A stretch of 56,815 nucleotides of DNA from Ilumatobacteraceae bacterium (GTDB taxonomy: Bacteria > Actinomycetota > Acidimicrobiia > Acidimicrobiales > Ilumatobacteraceae). A model generated the notes under the pieces. That model had not been told where the DNA came from, did not search any database, and saw only the letters and a list, made by a program, of their open reading frames with translations. The position numbers were made by a program, and so were the translations under genes. Shown piece after piece: positions 35,964-45,728 of the stretch. Each line of letters opens with the position of its first letter. Position 1 is the stretch's first letter. The stretch lies in the NCBI GenBank assembly GCA_009694565.1, contig SHUR01000001.1, forward strand, positions 1 to 56,815. Direction: 5' to 3'.

Positions 35964-36878
35964 CTAGTTTTCCAGCGGCAACAAGTGCATTGCTGCTTCT
36001 TCAAGATGGGAATTCCAGTCAGGAACCGATGAAGGTTCTGCAAGTGGGATCACCACAAACTTCGATGCGCCAACATCAATAAATTGTTGGATTGTGTGCG
36101 CTAGCGCATCCCATCCGGTCGGGACAAGAACAGAAACGTCATCGAGGTCTGGTCTGCGTGCTTTCAGCCCCTCAAGCAAAGCAGCGGGTGGTTCACCAAT
36201 GACATAGGGGATAAGCACGCCAAAGTGTTCATCTTCTATTTCGCGTTCGTGCTCTGTTGCAACAGTGGTGATTGTTTTCCAGCCTGCTTCTGCGTCTTGT
36301 GGTGTAACAAATGATGGCAGCCAACCGTCGGCCAATCTTCCAACGCGCTTCAGTTCGCTCTCGGCAATGCCACCGAGCCACACATCAGGTGGTTTTTGTT
36401 TTGGTTTTGGGTTCACGCGCAAATTGTCATAGTTATAGAACTCACCATGGAATGTGACTTCTTCGTTCGTCCAGCACGCACGAAGAACTGCAAGTGCTTC
36501 GTTAAACATCTTTGCGCGCTTCGTACGTTCGACACCAAACGCTTGTTGTTCATGAACGTCTGCGACACCAAGTCCGAAGGCGGGAAGAAGGCGTCCGTTT
36601 GACATGCGGTCAAGCGTGGCTAATTCTTTTGCCAACACGATGGGGTTGCGACCAGGGAGAACCATGACGCTCATTCCCACCTTGAGACGCGTAGTGCGTG
36701 CTGCGGCCATAGCCATTGCAACCAGAGGGTCTGGGGCGTCTCCGCCGATGCGCTCGCTCAGCCACAGGCTGTCGAAGCGAAGTCTCTCGAGAGTGTCGAC
36801 CACTTCAAGAAAACCAGTGTCATTCAGGGTGGTGCGAACCCCTAATCCGTAGCCAATGCGAACCTTCATGTTTTCCAT
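35964..36878 (-). CDS. LLM class F420-dependent oxidoreductase
   Basis: It shows an LLM TIM-barrel pattern (FDSLWLSERI, GRLLPAFGLG, DGWLPS). The start is uncertain: ATG 36878 or 36869, with the track TTG at 36902. The stop abuts the pepA stop with zero gap. Confidence 0.8.
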   Translation of the reverse strand: MENMKVRIGYGLGVRTTLNDTGFLEVVDTLERLRFDSLWLSERIGGDAPDPLVAMAMAAARTTRLKVGMSVMVLPGRNPIVLAKELATLDRMSNGRLLPAFGLGVADVHEQQAFGVERTKRAKMFNEALAVLRACWTNEEVTFHGEFYNYDNLRVNPKPKQKPPDVWLGGIAESELKRVGRLADGWLPSFVTPQDAEAGWKTITTVATEHEREIEDEHFGVLIPYVIGEPPAALLEGLKARRPDLDDVSVLVPTGWDALAHTIQQFIDVGASKFVVIPLAEPSSVPDWNSHLEEAAMHLLPLEN

Positions 36879-36914
36879 GCTGACACATGAGCCGCGGGGC
36901 AATAGCCTCGGCGC

Positions 36915-37694
36915 ATGGCGAATTCTTCATCTTTTGACCCCGTTTCCCAATTTCGTGTGGACGGCAAGATTGCCATCGTCACGGGTGCTTCGTCTGGTCT
37001 TGGTGCCCGCTTTGCTCGTGTCCTGCATGCAGCAGGCGCCACTGTGGTGTTGACCGCTCGTCGTCTTGACCGGTTGGAGTCGTTGTCGAAGGAGCTTCCG
37101 GGTTCTATTTCCATCAAATGTGACGTGGCCAGCGCAAGCGACCGAGAGGCGTTAATTGCTGAAGTCATTTCAACGTGTGGGCGAGTGGACATTTTGGTGA
37201 ACAACGCTGGCATTACTCACAAGATTGCAATTGAATCTGAAACGCTCGACATGTTTGAAGAAACAATGAAAGTGAACACCACTGCAATTTGGCATCTGTG
37301 CAAACTTGCTGGAGAAAATATGGTTGCCAATAGAAGCGGTGTGATCGTGAATGTGGCATCGATCTTGGGAATGATTGCGGGAACACCAATCAAGCAAGCA
37401 AACTATGCCGCTAGCAAAGGTGCCGTTATCGCGCTATCGCGGGAGATTGCTGTTCAGTGGGCCCGAAAAGGTGTTCGAGTGAACTCGCTGTGCCCTGGAT
37501 GGTTTGTCAGTGAAATGACAGCGGGAATGGACACCGATGACAGTTCACAAAAATACGTGATGCAGAACTCACCGATTCCCCGTATGGGGGCAGAACATGA
37601 ACTTGATGGTGCATTGTTGTTTATGGTCAGCGATGCATCATCCTTTATGACAGGTCAATCAGTCATCGTTGATGGTGGCTGGACCGCTCGATGA
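36915..37694 (+). CDS. SDR family oxidoreductase (FabG-like)
   Basis: 259 aa. It has TGASSGLG, NNAG, YAASKGAV, and a PGWF...IVDGGWTA tail. Confidence 0.85.
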   Translation: MANSSSFDPVSQFRVDGKIAIVTGASSGLGARFARVLHAAGATVVLTARRLDRLESLSKELPGSISIKCDVASASDREALIAEVISTCGRVDILVNNAGITHKIAIESETLDMFEETMKVNTTAIWHLCKLAGENMVANRSGVIVNVASILGMIAGTPIKQANYAASKGAVIALSREIAVQWARKGVRVNSLCPGWFVSEMTAGMDTDDSSQKYVMQNSPIPRMGAEHELDGALLFMVSDASSFMTGQSVIVDGGWTAR

Positions 37695-38950
37695 CAGATC
37701 AACCCGGAGTAATGCCAGCACGTGTGGCATTGTCTGCGCCAGGGATACGGCCACTTCTCATCTCAAGTTTTGTTCTGACAACCGGAGTAATGCTGCAAGC
37801 AGCAGCATTGGGGAAACACATCTTTGACATCACTGACTCCGAGCTAGACATTGGTTGGCTTGGACTTGCCGAGTTCATGCCCGCCGTGTTGTTGGTACTC
37901 GTCACCGGAACAGTTGCAGACAGGCTTAATCGCAAAAAGATTTCACTTCTGGCTCAATTTGGCGAGTTCATAAGTTCTATCTTGTTGGCGCTGTATGCGC
38001 TCACTGACCCCACATCAGCTGGCCCAATTTTTGCAATCGCAGTTTTGTTTGGTGCTTCGCGTGCCTTCTTGTCGCCTGCGTTGCGACCGATTGCCGCCAT
38101 GATTGCACCGGAAGGTGGACTGCCACGCGTCATTGCTTTCTACAGCGCTACGTGGACAGGTGCTGCAATCTTTGGGCCTGCAATTAGTGGGTTTCTATAT
38201 GCCGTCGACCCTGCATTGGCCTACGGGGCAGCAGCATTTCTGATTGCAGGCGGCATGTTCTTTTTGTCTCTTGTGCAATTGCCAAAAGTTGTTGAACCGA
38301 TAGTTCCATTAGAACGGCCAACACTGCGAGACGCTGTGGAAGGGCTGGTGTTTATTCGCAGAACTCCGGTGTTGCTAGCGGCCATCTCGTTAGATCTCTT
38401 TGCTGTGTTGTTCGGAGGCGCGGTTGCGTTGCTTCCGGTTATTGCTGAAGAACAGCTCCACGTCGGCGATATTGCCTATGGGTGGTTACGTGCTGCAGGA
38501 GGAATAGGTGCTGCAACAATGGCAATTTTCCTTGCGTTTCGACCAATCCGTCGACATATCGGTCGCACTCTGTTGGTTGCTGTGGGAGTATTTGGTGTGG
38601 CCACAATTGTCCTTGGGACAACAAAATCATACCTTGTTGCTTTTATTGCTCTATTAATTATTTTTGCCTCTGACATGATCAGTGTGTTCATACGCAGTTC
38701 ACTAGTTCCACTTGTGACACCAGATGACAAACGTGGACGCGTTAGTGCGGTAGAAAATGTGTTCATCGGTGCGTCTAACGAACTTGGGTCGTTTGAGTCG
38801 GGTGCTGTATCCAGCTTTGTTGGTACGCCTGCCACTGTGATTGGGGGCGGTATAGCCACTCTTGCTGTTGCCGGAGTCTGGTGGGCTGCATTTCCTTCTC
38901 TGAGAAATATCAATCGTTTCGAAGATCTTGAGGATCAAAAAGTGCAATGA
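37691..38950 (+). CDS. MFS transporter (EntS/MFS_3-like)
   Basis: 419 aa with about 12 TM helices and a GTVADRLNRKK loop motif. ATGA overlaps occur at both ends (37691-37694 and 38947-38950). Confidence 0.85.
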   Translation: MTDQPGVMPARVALSAPGIRPLLISSFVLTTGVMLQAAALGKHIFDITDSELDIGWLGLAEFMPAVLLVLVTGTVADRLNRKKISLLAQFGEFISSILLALYALTDPTSAGPIFAIAVLFGASRAFLSPALRPIAAMIAPEGGLPRVIAFYSATWTGAAIFGPAISGFLYAVDPALAYGAAAFLIAGGMFFLSLVQLPKVVEPIVPLERPTLRDAVEGLVFIRRTPVLLAAISLDLFAVLFGGAVALLPVIAEEQLHVGDIAYGWLRAAGGIGAATMAIFLAFRPIRRHIGRTLLVAVGVFGVATIVLGTTKSYLVAFIALLIIFASDMISVFIRSSLVPLVTPDDKRGRVSAVENVFIGASNELGSFESGAVSSFVGTPATVIGGGIATLAVAGVWWAAFPSLRNINRFEDLEDQKVQ

Positions 38951-40890
38951 AATCTCACGTCGTTCGCACCGCATGCACTTTGGATTGCCCCGATGCGTGC
39001 ACGCTTGATGTCACGGTGACAGATGGCGTGATTACAGATATTGACGCAGCAAAGGACGAAGATATCAATCCCTTTACTGCGGGTTTTATTTGCCGAAAAG
39101 TGCAAATGAGCACGAAGCGCATTTATTCGTCTGAACGAATAGCTACTCCACTTATCCGTACTGGCAAGAAGGGTGACGGTGTATTCCGTTCCGCATCCTG
39201 GGACGAAGCGCTAGACCTCATTGCATCGCGAATCAAAGGTGGTATTGCTGCTCGCGGAGTCAACAGCATTGCGCCCTATCTTTACAACTCATCGTCAGGA
39301 ATGCTTGAAGGAAATGGTTCTACTTTTGAACTGTTTGCTCGGCTTGGCGCTCCAGAGATTGAGCACACAATTTGTGCCTTTACCTATGGGCGTGCATGGG
39401 AACAGGTTTTCCCGGGACTCTCATCGGCAGATCCGCAATCAATCCCAAAAGCGAAACTTCTCATCATTTGGGGCGCAAACTCGACTACATCAAACTCGCA
39501 CCTTCCACCACTGATTAATGAATGTAAAGCCAATGGGGGGACAGTCATTGTCATTGACCCTCGAGTGACAGGTATCGCAGATCGTGCCGACCTTCACGTG
39601 CCGTTGTTGCCGGGAACTGATGCTGTTTTCGCCATGGCAATTGCAGCGGAACTAGAACGCAGAGGAAAACTTGATTCGGCATTTATTCGTGATTATGTGA
39701 GTGGCTCTGAAGAGTACCTAGCACTGTGTCGCGTGTGGACTCTTGATGAGGCAGCAGATGAATGTGGTATTGATGTCTCGGTATTCCAAGAGTGTGTAGA
39801 CCTCATCAGTACATCCTCGCCAGCGATGTTGCGCATTGGGTGGGGAGTTGAACGCAATGTCAATGGTGGCAGTGGCATGCTTGCCGTTTTTTCCTTATGG
39901 GCGCTTGCTGGTCATTTTGAAGTCGAAGGAAGTGGAGTTCTTGGATCCACTTCGCGAGCAACGTCGGGACGTATCAATGCATTACTGCCTGTTGTACCGG
40001 TTGCTCGTGTAGCCGTAAATATGAATCATGTGGGACGTTGGCTGAATTCTGACGATGCCCCAACTGTTCTTTTTATTCAAGGCGCAAACCCGGCCGTCAC
40101 GGCAAATGATCAACAGCGAATGTTGTCAGGGCTTGCTAATGCTGAAGTATTCACCGTGGTGCATGACCAAGTGATGACCGATACGGCGAAGTATGCAGAT
40201 GTTGTATTGCCGGCAACTACCCAATTTGAAATTGATGACATAGCCGCAAGTTACGGATCGTTTTCGTTGCAGCGAGTAAACAAGGTCATTGAACCAGTGG
40301 GTGAGTCGCGCAGTAATGATTGGCTTGGTCGTGAATTGGCAGCACGCCTTGATGTGCACATTGCCACACCACGTGCCGAGGATATTGAAGCGGAGCAAAA
40401 CACTATTGTTCTCACACCACAAAATAGTGTCCAGTTTCGTGATGTTTTCCCCGTAGGTATGAAGGCGCAACTGTTTTCGCCCGATTCTGAATTGCCATTG
40501 CCTTCGCCGATGACTGGACGAGGATCGACCGGTTTGTATTTGCGACTGCTCACGTCAGCTACTGCTCGAACGGTGAACTCCATGTTCGCAGAATATGACC
40601 CACCAACTGCCGCTGTCTCGGTTCATCCGATTGACGCGACAGAACGCGGGCTCATTGATGGCGAAACTGTTGTTGTATCGAACAGTCTGGGCGCTGTGAC
40701 ACTGCCTGTTTCAGTAGATTTACGTATGCGTGTTGGGGTCTGTGAGATTCCAAAGGGTTTATGGATGCGTCACATTGTTAACGGAATGGTGTCCAACGCT
40801 TTGATTTCAGATGGGGTCAATGACTTAGGCGGTGGGGCGTGTTTCAATGAAGCTTTAGTTCTAATTGAGAAAGTGGCATCCAATGAGTGA
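38947..40890 (+). CDS. Molybdopterin-dependent oxidoreductase (MopB superfamily, uncharacterised subgroup), cytoplasmic
   Basis: 647 aa. The N-terminal Fe-S motif is CTLDCPDAC...FICRK. The MopB core has IIWGANSTTSNSH and VIDPRVT. A C-terminal MGD-binding barrel is present. There is no twin-arginine signal. Confidence 0.85.
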   Translation: MKSHVVRTACTLDCPDACTLDVTVTDGVITDIDAAKDEDINPFTAGFICRKVQMSTKRIYSSERIATPLIRTGKKGDGVFRSASWDEALDLIASRIKGGIAARGVNSIAPYLYNSSSGMLEGNGSTFELFARLGAPEIEHTICAFTYGRAWEQVFPGLSSADPQSIPKAKLLIIWGANSTTSNSHLPPLINECKANGGTVIVIDPRVTGIADRADLHVPLLPGTDAVFAMAIAAELERRGKLDSAFIRDYVSGSEEYLALCRVWTLDEAADECGIDVSVFQECVDLISTSSPAMLRIGWGVERNVNGGSGMLAVFSLWALAGHFEVEGSGVLGSTSRATSGRINALLPVVPVARVAVNMNHVGRWLNSDDAPTVLFIQGANPAVTANDQQRMLSGLANAEVFTVVHDQVMTDTAKYADVVLPATTQFEIDDIAASYGSFSLQRVNKVIEPVGESRSNDWLGRELAARLDVHIATPRAEDIEAEQNTIVLTPQNSVQFRDVFPVGMKAQLFSPDSELPLPSPMTGRGSTGLYLRLLTSATARTVNSMFAEYDPPTAAVSVHPIDATERGLIDGETVVVSNSLGAVTLPVSVDLRMRVGVCEIPKGLWMRHIVNGMVSNALISDGVNDLGGGACFNEALVLIEKVASNE

Positions 40891-41329
40891 GATTTTCACC
40901 AAAGTAGAGGGCCTCGCAAAGCGGGGAGTCATTGTTGAATTCAAAGAGTTCATCAATAGAGGAAATGTCATTGACTTGGCTGTCGCCTTTGTGATGGGTG
41001 CTGCATTTAAGACTGTTGTTGATTCATTTGCGGGTAGTGATAAAGGCCCCGGAATTCTGGGCAGCTTGATTGGCGCCATCTTCGGCGGGCAGCAGCCAGA
41101 TTTTTCAAAGAAGGTACTCACCGTCAATGGAAGTGATATCCCGCTCGGTGCTTTTGCCACATCTACCTTAAACTTCTTCTTTGTCGCACTGGCATTGTTC
41201 ATGGTGGTGAAGCTTTATAACCGCTTTCGTTCGAATGAAGACAAAGAGAAGGCCGCTCTTAACACCAATGACTTATTGGTCGAAATTCGTGACGAGTTAC
41301 GTGCATCTCGTCATAACGAAGGGCAATAG
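40883..41329 (+). CDS. mscL: Large-conductance mechanosensitive channel
   Basis: FKEFINRGNVIDLAVAFVMGAAF is the conserved MscL TM1 region, and a second TM and charged tail follow. ATG 40883 overlaps the last 8 nt of the upstream gene. The track start is 40865. Confidence 0.9.
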   Translation: MSEIFTKVEGLAKRGVIVEFKEFINRGNVIDLAVAFVMGAAFKTVVDSFAGSDKGPGILGSLIGAIFGGQQPDFSKKVLTVNGSDIPLGAFATSTLNFFFVALALFMVVKLYNRFRSNEDKEKAALNTNDLLVEIRDELRASRHNEGQ

Positions 41330-41377
41330 CAAAGGTGCCCCTTTTATGGGGCAAATAGCCAATAGCCTTGGGAGGTC

Positions 41378-42304
41378 ATGTCAGCCCCCCGCTTTCGCAC
41401 TATTGCAACTCTGATTGCCCTCTCTGGCATCGTTTCGTCATGTCTCGGAGTCGGTTCTGATGCAACGCGTTTAACCCTCACAAATGTGGGGAGAATTCCT
41501 GGCATTAATGCAACTAGTGGTGCAGTAGTGGTAAACGGTGTGCGCGCGTCACTTGCGAATCTTGATGGACCAGTGCTTGGCACTGTTGCCAGCGGCAACC
41601 GTCTCTTGGTTATTGGTGACTCCATTCTTGCCGGTACGGCTAGTCGTTATGGCGGAGCTATGTGTTCGGGTCTTGTTCCGCTCGGTTGGCGCGTTGCAGT
41701 TGAAGCTGAGGCCGGACAACTGGTTGGGTTTGGTCGCACTGTGCTACGCGAGCGCATTTACGAAGGATGGGATGCAGCTGTTGTATTCCTTGGCACCAAC
41801 TACGGTGGAAGCGATTCGTTGTATGAAAAAGATCTCACTGCGATTGTTACCTCGTTAGCTCCACGCCCGACATTATTGTTGACCGCTTCTTTGTTCCGCC
41901 CCACAATGCAACAAGTCAATCAAGTGATTCGAATCGTGGCGTCAAAGAATCCGAATGTCTCCGTGCTCGACTGGAGCACGACATCGGTGCAAAATGGTGT
42001 ACTGAATCGTGACAAGATTCACCCGACTGATGCAGGACGACAAGTTCTTGTTTCCTCAATAGCTTCTGCACTTGGTGATGCGCCAGCCGGACCGGGAGCA
42101 TGCTTGCCATCTAAATTCACTGATGACTCCTTGGTGACTGGCGTGATGCCATCTTCCACGCTCGTCGGCGACCCAGGCGTTGTCGGAGGCACAGCAACCA
42201 CCATCGCTGGAACAACTGCTCTGACTGTCGTGGGTTCCACAACAATTTCTCCTGCACTTACTTCCACAGTGCCTGCAGCTTCAACATCAACCACGGTTCG
42301 TTAA
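41378..42304 (+). CDS. SGNH/GDSL hydrolase family lipoprotein with Thr/Ser-rich C-terminal tail
   Basis: 308 aa. It has a lipobox IVSSC after a signal peptide, SGNH block I LLVIGDSILAG, and a late DKIHPT block. The RBS GGGAGG lies upstream. Confidence 0.7.
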   Translation: MSAPRFRTIATLIALSGIVSSCLGVGSDATRLTLTNVGRIPGINATSGAVVVNGVRASLANLDGPVLGTVASGNRLLVIGDSILAGTASRYGGAMCSGLVPLGWRVAVEAEAGQLVGFGRTVLRERIYEGWDAAVVFLGTNYGGSDSLYEKDLTAIVTSLAPRPTLLLTASLFRPTMQQVNQVIRIVASKNPNVSVLDWSTTSVQNGVLNRDKIHPTDAGRQVLVSSIASALGDAPAGPGACLPSKFTDDSLVTGVMPSSTLVGDPGVVGGTATTIAGTTALTVVGSTTISPALTSTVPAASTSTTVR

Positions 42305-42306
42305 TC

Positions 42307-43923
42307 ATGCTGCAAGTACAAAATGTCACAGTAGAAGTGGGCGGAACAAATGTGGTGCAAGGTGCCACGTTTACCGTGATGGCACGAGACAAAGTTGGCA
42401 TTGTTGGCCGCAATGGCGCTGGCAAAACGTCTATGTTCCGTGTTCTTGGTGGTGAGAATGATCCAGCTGCAGGCAAAGTAATGCGTAGTGGAGCTTTCGG
42501 GTACTTGTCGCAGGACCCACGCACCTCGCCAGAACAAGAGGCTCGTTCAGCAATCGCTCATGTGTTATCTGGTCGCAACATTGATGCAGACCTTGCGCGA
42601 TTGGAAAAACTTCGCATCGTGATGGAGAAGGAACCAAGCGACAAGAACGTTGCGAAGTATTCGAGGGCTGAAGAGGAGTTCACTTTGAAAGGTGGCTATT
42701 CAGCAGAAAGTGAAGCACGTTCCATCGCTGCTGGTCTCGGACTTCAAGCTGACCGACTTGATTTATCCCTTGGTGTTCTCTCAGGTGGAGAACGTCGCCG
42801 TGTGGAATTAGCACGCATTTTGTTTGCTGGAAGCGACATGTTGCTTCTTGACGAACCGACAAACCACTTAGATATTGATGCAAAGACATGGCTGCTCAAT
42901 TTCTTGCGAAACTATAAGGGCGCCTTGTTGGTGATTAGCCATGACCTTGAACTTCTCGATGAAGCTATTACACGAGTGATTCACTTAGACCGTCCAGACG
43001 AAGATGACACTGGGATGGTTTACGAATACCGTGGCACTTATACGCAATACAAGCGTTCTCGCGCCGAGGATGAATCGCGTGCTGAAAAGAAGGCATCATT
43101 GCAAGCAAAAGAAGTTGCTCGTCTGCAAGAAGTTGTAGACCGTTTCGGTGCAAAAGCATCGAAAGCTACGATGGCGCACAGCATTGAAAAGCGCATTGCA
43201 CGAATTGAAGGCGAAGCAACTGGCATGCGCAAAAAAGATCGCGCACTCACTGTGAAGTTCCCAACACCACCACAGAGTGGAATTACGGTAGTGACCACAA
43301 AAGGGTTGTCAAAGGGGTACGGTGGCCCAGCAATTTTTGAAGACGTGTCATTTGATTTGGGTCGGGGAGAACGCCTTTTAGTTCTTGGTCTCAACGGTGC
43401 GGGTAAAACTTCCCTGCTTCGTATTTTGGCTGGTGCAACTCAGGCAAATATTGGTGATATTGAATGGGGCTACAAAGTTGAAGTGGGCTACTTCGCTCAG
43501 GAGCACGAGACGATTGACCCAACACAGTCCTTAATCTGGCATATGCGACGTGAATTGCCTGCAGGTTCAGCACTCACTGAAACACAGATGCGTGCACTGC
43601 TTGGCATGTTTGGCCTGCAGGGTGGCAAAGTATTTCAAGAATCTGGTTCGTTGTCTGGTGGAGAAAAAACCAAACTTGCGCTCGCCATGTTGATGGTGGG
43701 GCGCAATAATGTCTTGCTGCTTGACGAGCCCACGAACAACCTTGACCCTGCAAGTCGTGAGGCTGTTGCAACTGCTCTCGAGTCATGGCCAGGATCGATC
43801 ATTATGGTGAGCCATGATGAGGATTTTGTAGAACGTCTGAACCCTACAAAAGTGATTCTCATGCCCGATGGGCAAGTGGACTATTTCAGCAAGGAATGGC
43901 TCGACCTCGTCAGTCTCTCGTAG
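42307..43923 (+). CDS. ABC-F family ATPase (two NBDs, no TM domain; ribosome-associated class)
   Basis: 538 aa with duplicated Walker A motifs (GRNGAGKTS, GLNGAGKTS), signatures (LSGGERRR, LSGGEKTK) and Walker B motifs (LLLDEPTN twice). A charged inter-domain linker joins the halves. Confidence 0.9.
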   Translation: MLQVQNVTVEVGGTNVVQGATFTVMARDKVGIVGRNGAGKTSMFRVLGGENDPAAGKVMRSGAFGYLSQDPRTSPEQEARSAIAHVLSGRNIDADLARLEKLRIVMEKEPSDKNVAKYSRAEEEFTLKGGYSAESEARSIAAGLGLQADRLDLSLGVLSGGERRRVELARILFAGSDMLLLDEPTNHLDIDAKTWLLNFLRNYKGALLVISHDLELLDEAITRVIHLDRPDEDDTGMVYEYRGTYTQYKRSRAEDESRAEKKASLQAKEVARLQEVVDRFGAKASKATMAHSIEKRIARIEGEATGMRKKDRALTVKFPTPPQSGITVVTTKGLSKGYGGPAIFEDVSFDLGRGERLLVLGLNGAGKTSLLRILAGATQANIGDIEWGYKVEVGYFAQEHETIDPTQSLIWHMRRELPAGSALTETQMRALLGMFGLQGGKVFQESGSLSGGEKTKLALAMLMVGRNNVLLLDEPTNNLDPASREAVATALESWPGSIIMVSHDEDFVERLNPTKVILMPDGQVDYFSKEWLDLVSLS

Positions 43924-43958
43924 GAGTGGCATTTGCAACCCTGCTAGCGTCTCCGCCT

Positions 43959-44867
43959 ATGAAATATGGAATTTTTGGTGGAGTAGTTAACGACGGAACG
44001 GTCGATGATGTGGTCGACGAGGCTCGGACAGCCGAACAAGATGGCTTTGCCACCTATTGGATGCCAAACATCTTTAGTCATGATGCTTTAACAACATTGG
44101 CTATCGTCGGCCGTGAAGTTCCTCGTATTGAACTAGGCACTTCAGTAGTCCCGACATATCCGCGTCACCCTCATGCAATTGCTCAACAATGCCATACGGT
44201 CGCAGCAGCTTCGGGCAATCGTCTGACACTGGGAATCGGACTTAGTCACAAAGTCGTCATCGAAAACATGCTCGGTATGTCATTTGACAAACCGGTGCGC
44301 CACCTTCGTGAATATCTCAGTGTTCTTATGCCTTTGTCACGCAATGAAACAGTTCATTTCGATGGGGAAACCTACAAAGTGCACGCAAATATTAAAGCAA
44401 AGGGCTCCAATGGCTTCGGAGTTGTTGTCGCAGCGCTTGGTGAACAAATGTTGCGCGTCACCGCGGCGCTTGCTGACGGAACACTCACGTGGTGCACAGG
44501 GCCAGCAACTCTTGCCGATCACACCATTCCCACCATTACCAAAGCAGCAGAGGAATTTGGTCGCCCGACTCCTCGCGTTATTGCAGCGCTTCCAGTGTGT
44601 GTAACTAAGGATAAAGTTGCCGCAGCAGAACGAGCAGCAAAAGTATTTGCTGTGTATGGCACTTTGCCTAGCTATCGCGCCATGCTCGACCGTGAGGGCG
44701 CGGCAGGTCCTGCTGATATCGCCATCATGGGTTCAATCGGTGAAGTACAGGACAGGATTGCTGCCCTGGCTGACATTGGTGTCACCGATTTCGCGGCCGT
44801 GGAATTTGGTGCAACCACGGAGGAAATCGCCGCGACCCGCGAAGCTATCAAGGGCCTGTTGAAGTAA
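43959..44867 (+). CDS. LLM class F420-dependent oxidoreductase
   Basis: It begins MKYGIFGG and shows the LLM pattern (FATYWMPN, GTSVVPTYPRHP, LGIGLSH, DGTLTW). The track start at 43896 would overlap the ABC-F gene. Confidence 0.8.
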   Translation: MKYGIFGGVVNDGTVDDVVDEARTAEQDGFATYWMPNIFSHDALTTLAIVGREVPRIELGTSVVPTYPRHPHAIAQQCHTVAAASGNRLTLGIGLSHKVVIENMLGMSFDKPVRHLREYLSVLMPLSRNETVHFDGETYKVHANIKAKGSNGFGVVVAALGEQMLRVTAALADGTLTWCTGPATLADHTIPTITKAAEEFGRPTPRVIAALPVCVTKDKVAAAERAAKVFAVYGTLPSYRAMLDREGAAGPADIAIMGSIGEVQDRIAALADIGVTDFAAVEFGATTEEIAATREAIKGLLK

Positions 44868-44869
44868 AA

Positions 44870-45688
44870 ATGAATTACACGGGTTTTCAGTCGTTAACTG
44901 TTGAGTTGTTGGACGCGGTAGCTCACGTCATTATTGATAATCCACCTATCAATCTGTTTGATCTAGTCCTGTATCCCGAACTGGCGAAACTGAGCGCCCA
45001 ACTTCGCGATGACGAAGACGTTCGTGCTGTTGTTGTCTCGTCTGCAAATCCAGAGTTCTTTATTGCACATTTTGATGTATCACGAATCTTGCAACTACCT
45101 ACTGGGCAACCAGCGCCAACGGAACTCAATCACTTTCATGTCATGTGTGAGACATTTCGCACGATGCCGAAAGTAACAATTTGTGCAATAGATGGCCGCG
45201 TCGGCGGCGGTGGAAGTGAAGTAACTCTCAGCATGGATATGCGGTTCGCTTCTCCCCGTGCTGTGTTTAATCAGCCCGAGGTGGCACTCGGTATTATTCC
45301 TGGGGGCAGCGGAACGGTTCGTTTGTCTCGCTTGGTGGGGCGTTCTCGGGCTCTAGAAGTTGTTCTAGGCAGTGACGATATTGACGCGCAAACGGCAGAA
45401 AATTGGGGTTGGGTGAATCGCGTTGTTGATAATCCCGTTGAATATTCATTGTCGATGGCGAAACGTATCGCCTCCTTTCCTCCGGCCGCAGTGCAAGCCG
45501 CAAAACGGTCAATCTTGCGAAGTGATGTTCATGTTGTCGAAGACTTGATTGCAGAGGCGGGGGAGTTCAATGCTCTTTTGTCTGACCCGCGAGCAGTGAC
45601 CGCAATGCTTAATTTCATGGCTCGTGGCGGGCAAACGCGCGACGGTGAACTTCGGCTTGGTGAACTAGCCACCGAAATCAACGACTGA
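44870..45688 (+). CDS. Enoyl-CoA hydratase/isomerase (crotonase) family protein
   Basis: 272 aa. It has the crotonase fold pattern NPPINLFD, FIAHFD, AIDGRVGGGGSE and PEVALGIIPGGSGT. Confidence 0.85.
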   Translation: MNYTGFQSLTVELLDAVAHVIIDNPPINLFDLVLYPELAKLSAQLRDDEDVRAVVVSSANPEFFIAHFDVSRILQLPTGQPAPTELNHFHVMCETFRTMPKVTICAIDGRVGGGGSEVTLSMDMRFASPRAVFNQPEVALGIIPGGSGTVRLSRLVGRSRALEVVLGSDDIDAQTAENWGWVNRVVDNPVEYSLSMAKRIASFPPAAVQAAKRSILRSDVHVVEDLIAEAGEFNALLSDPRAVTAMLNFMARGGQTRDGELRLGELATEIND

Positions 45689-45728
45689 TTCGTTCAATTC
45701 TTGTTGTGCATTGCCGAAAGGTAATGAT

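Noticed and set aside
41336-41353. Hairpin TGCCCC-ttttat-GGGGCA after mscL as an intrinsic terminator
   Set aside because: The perfect 6-bp stem is followed by AATAGCC rather than a U-tract. It may still pause or stabilise the transcript, but it does not meet the intrinsic-terminator pattern.
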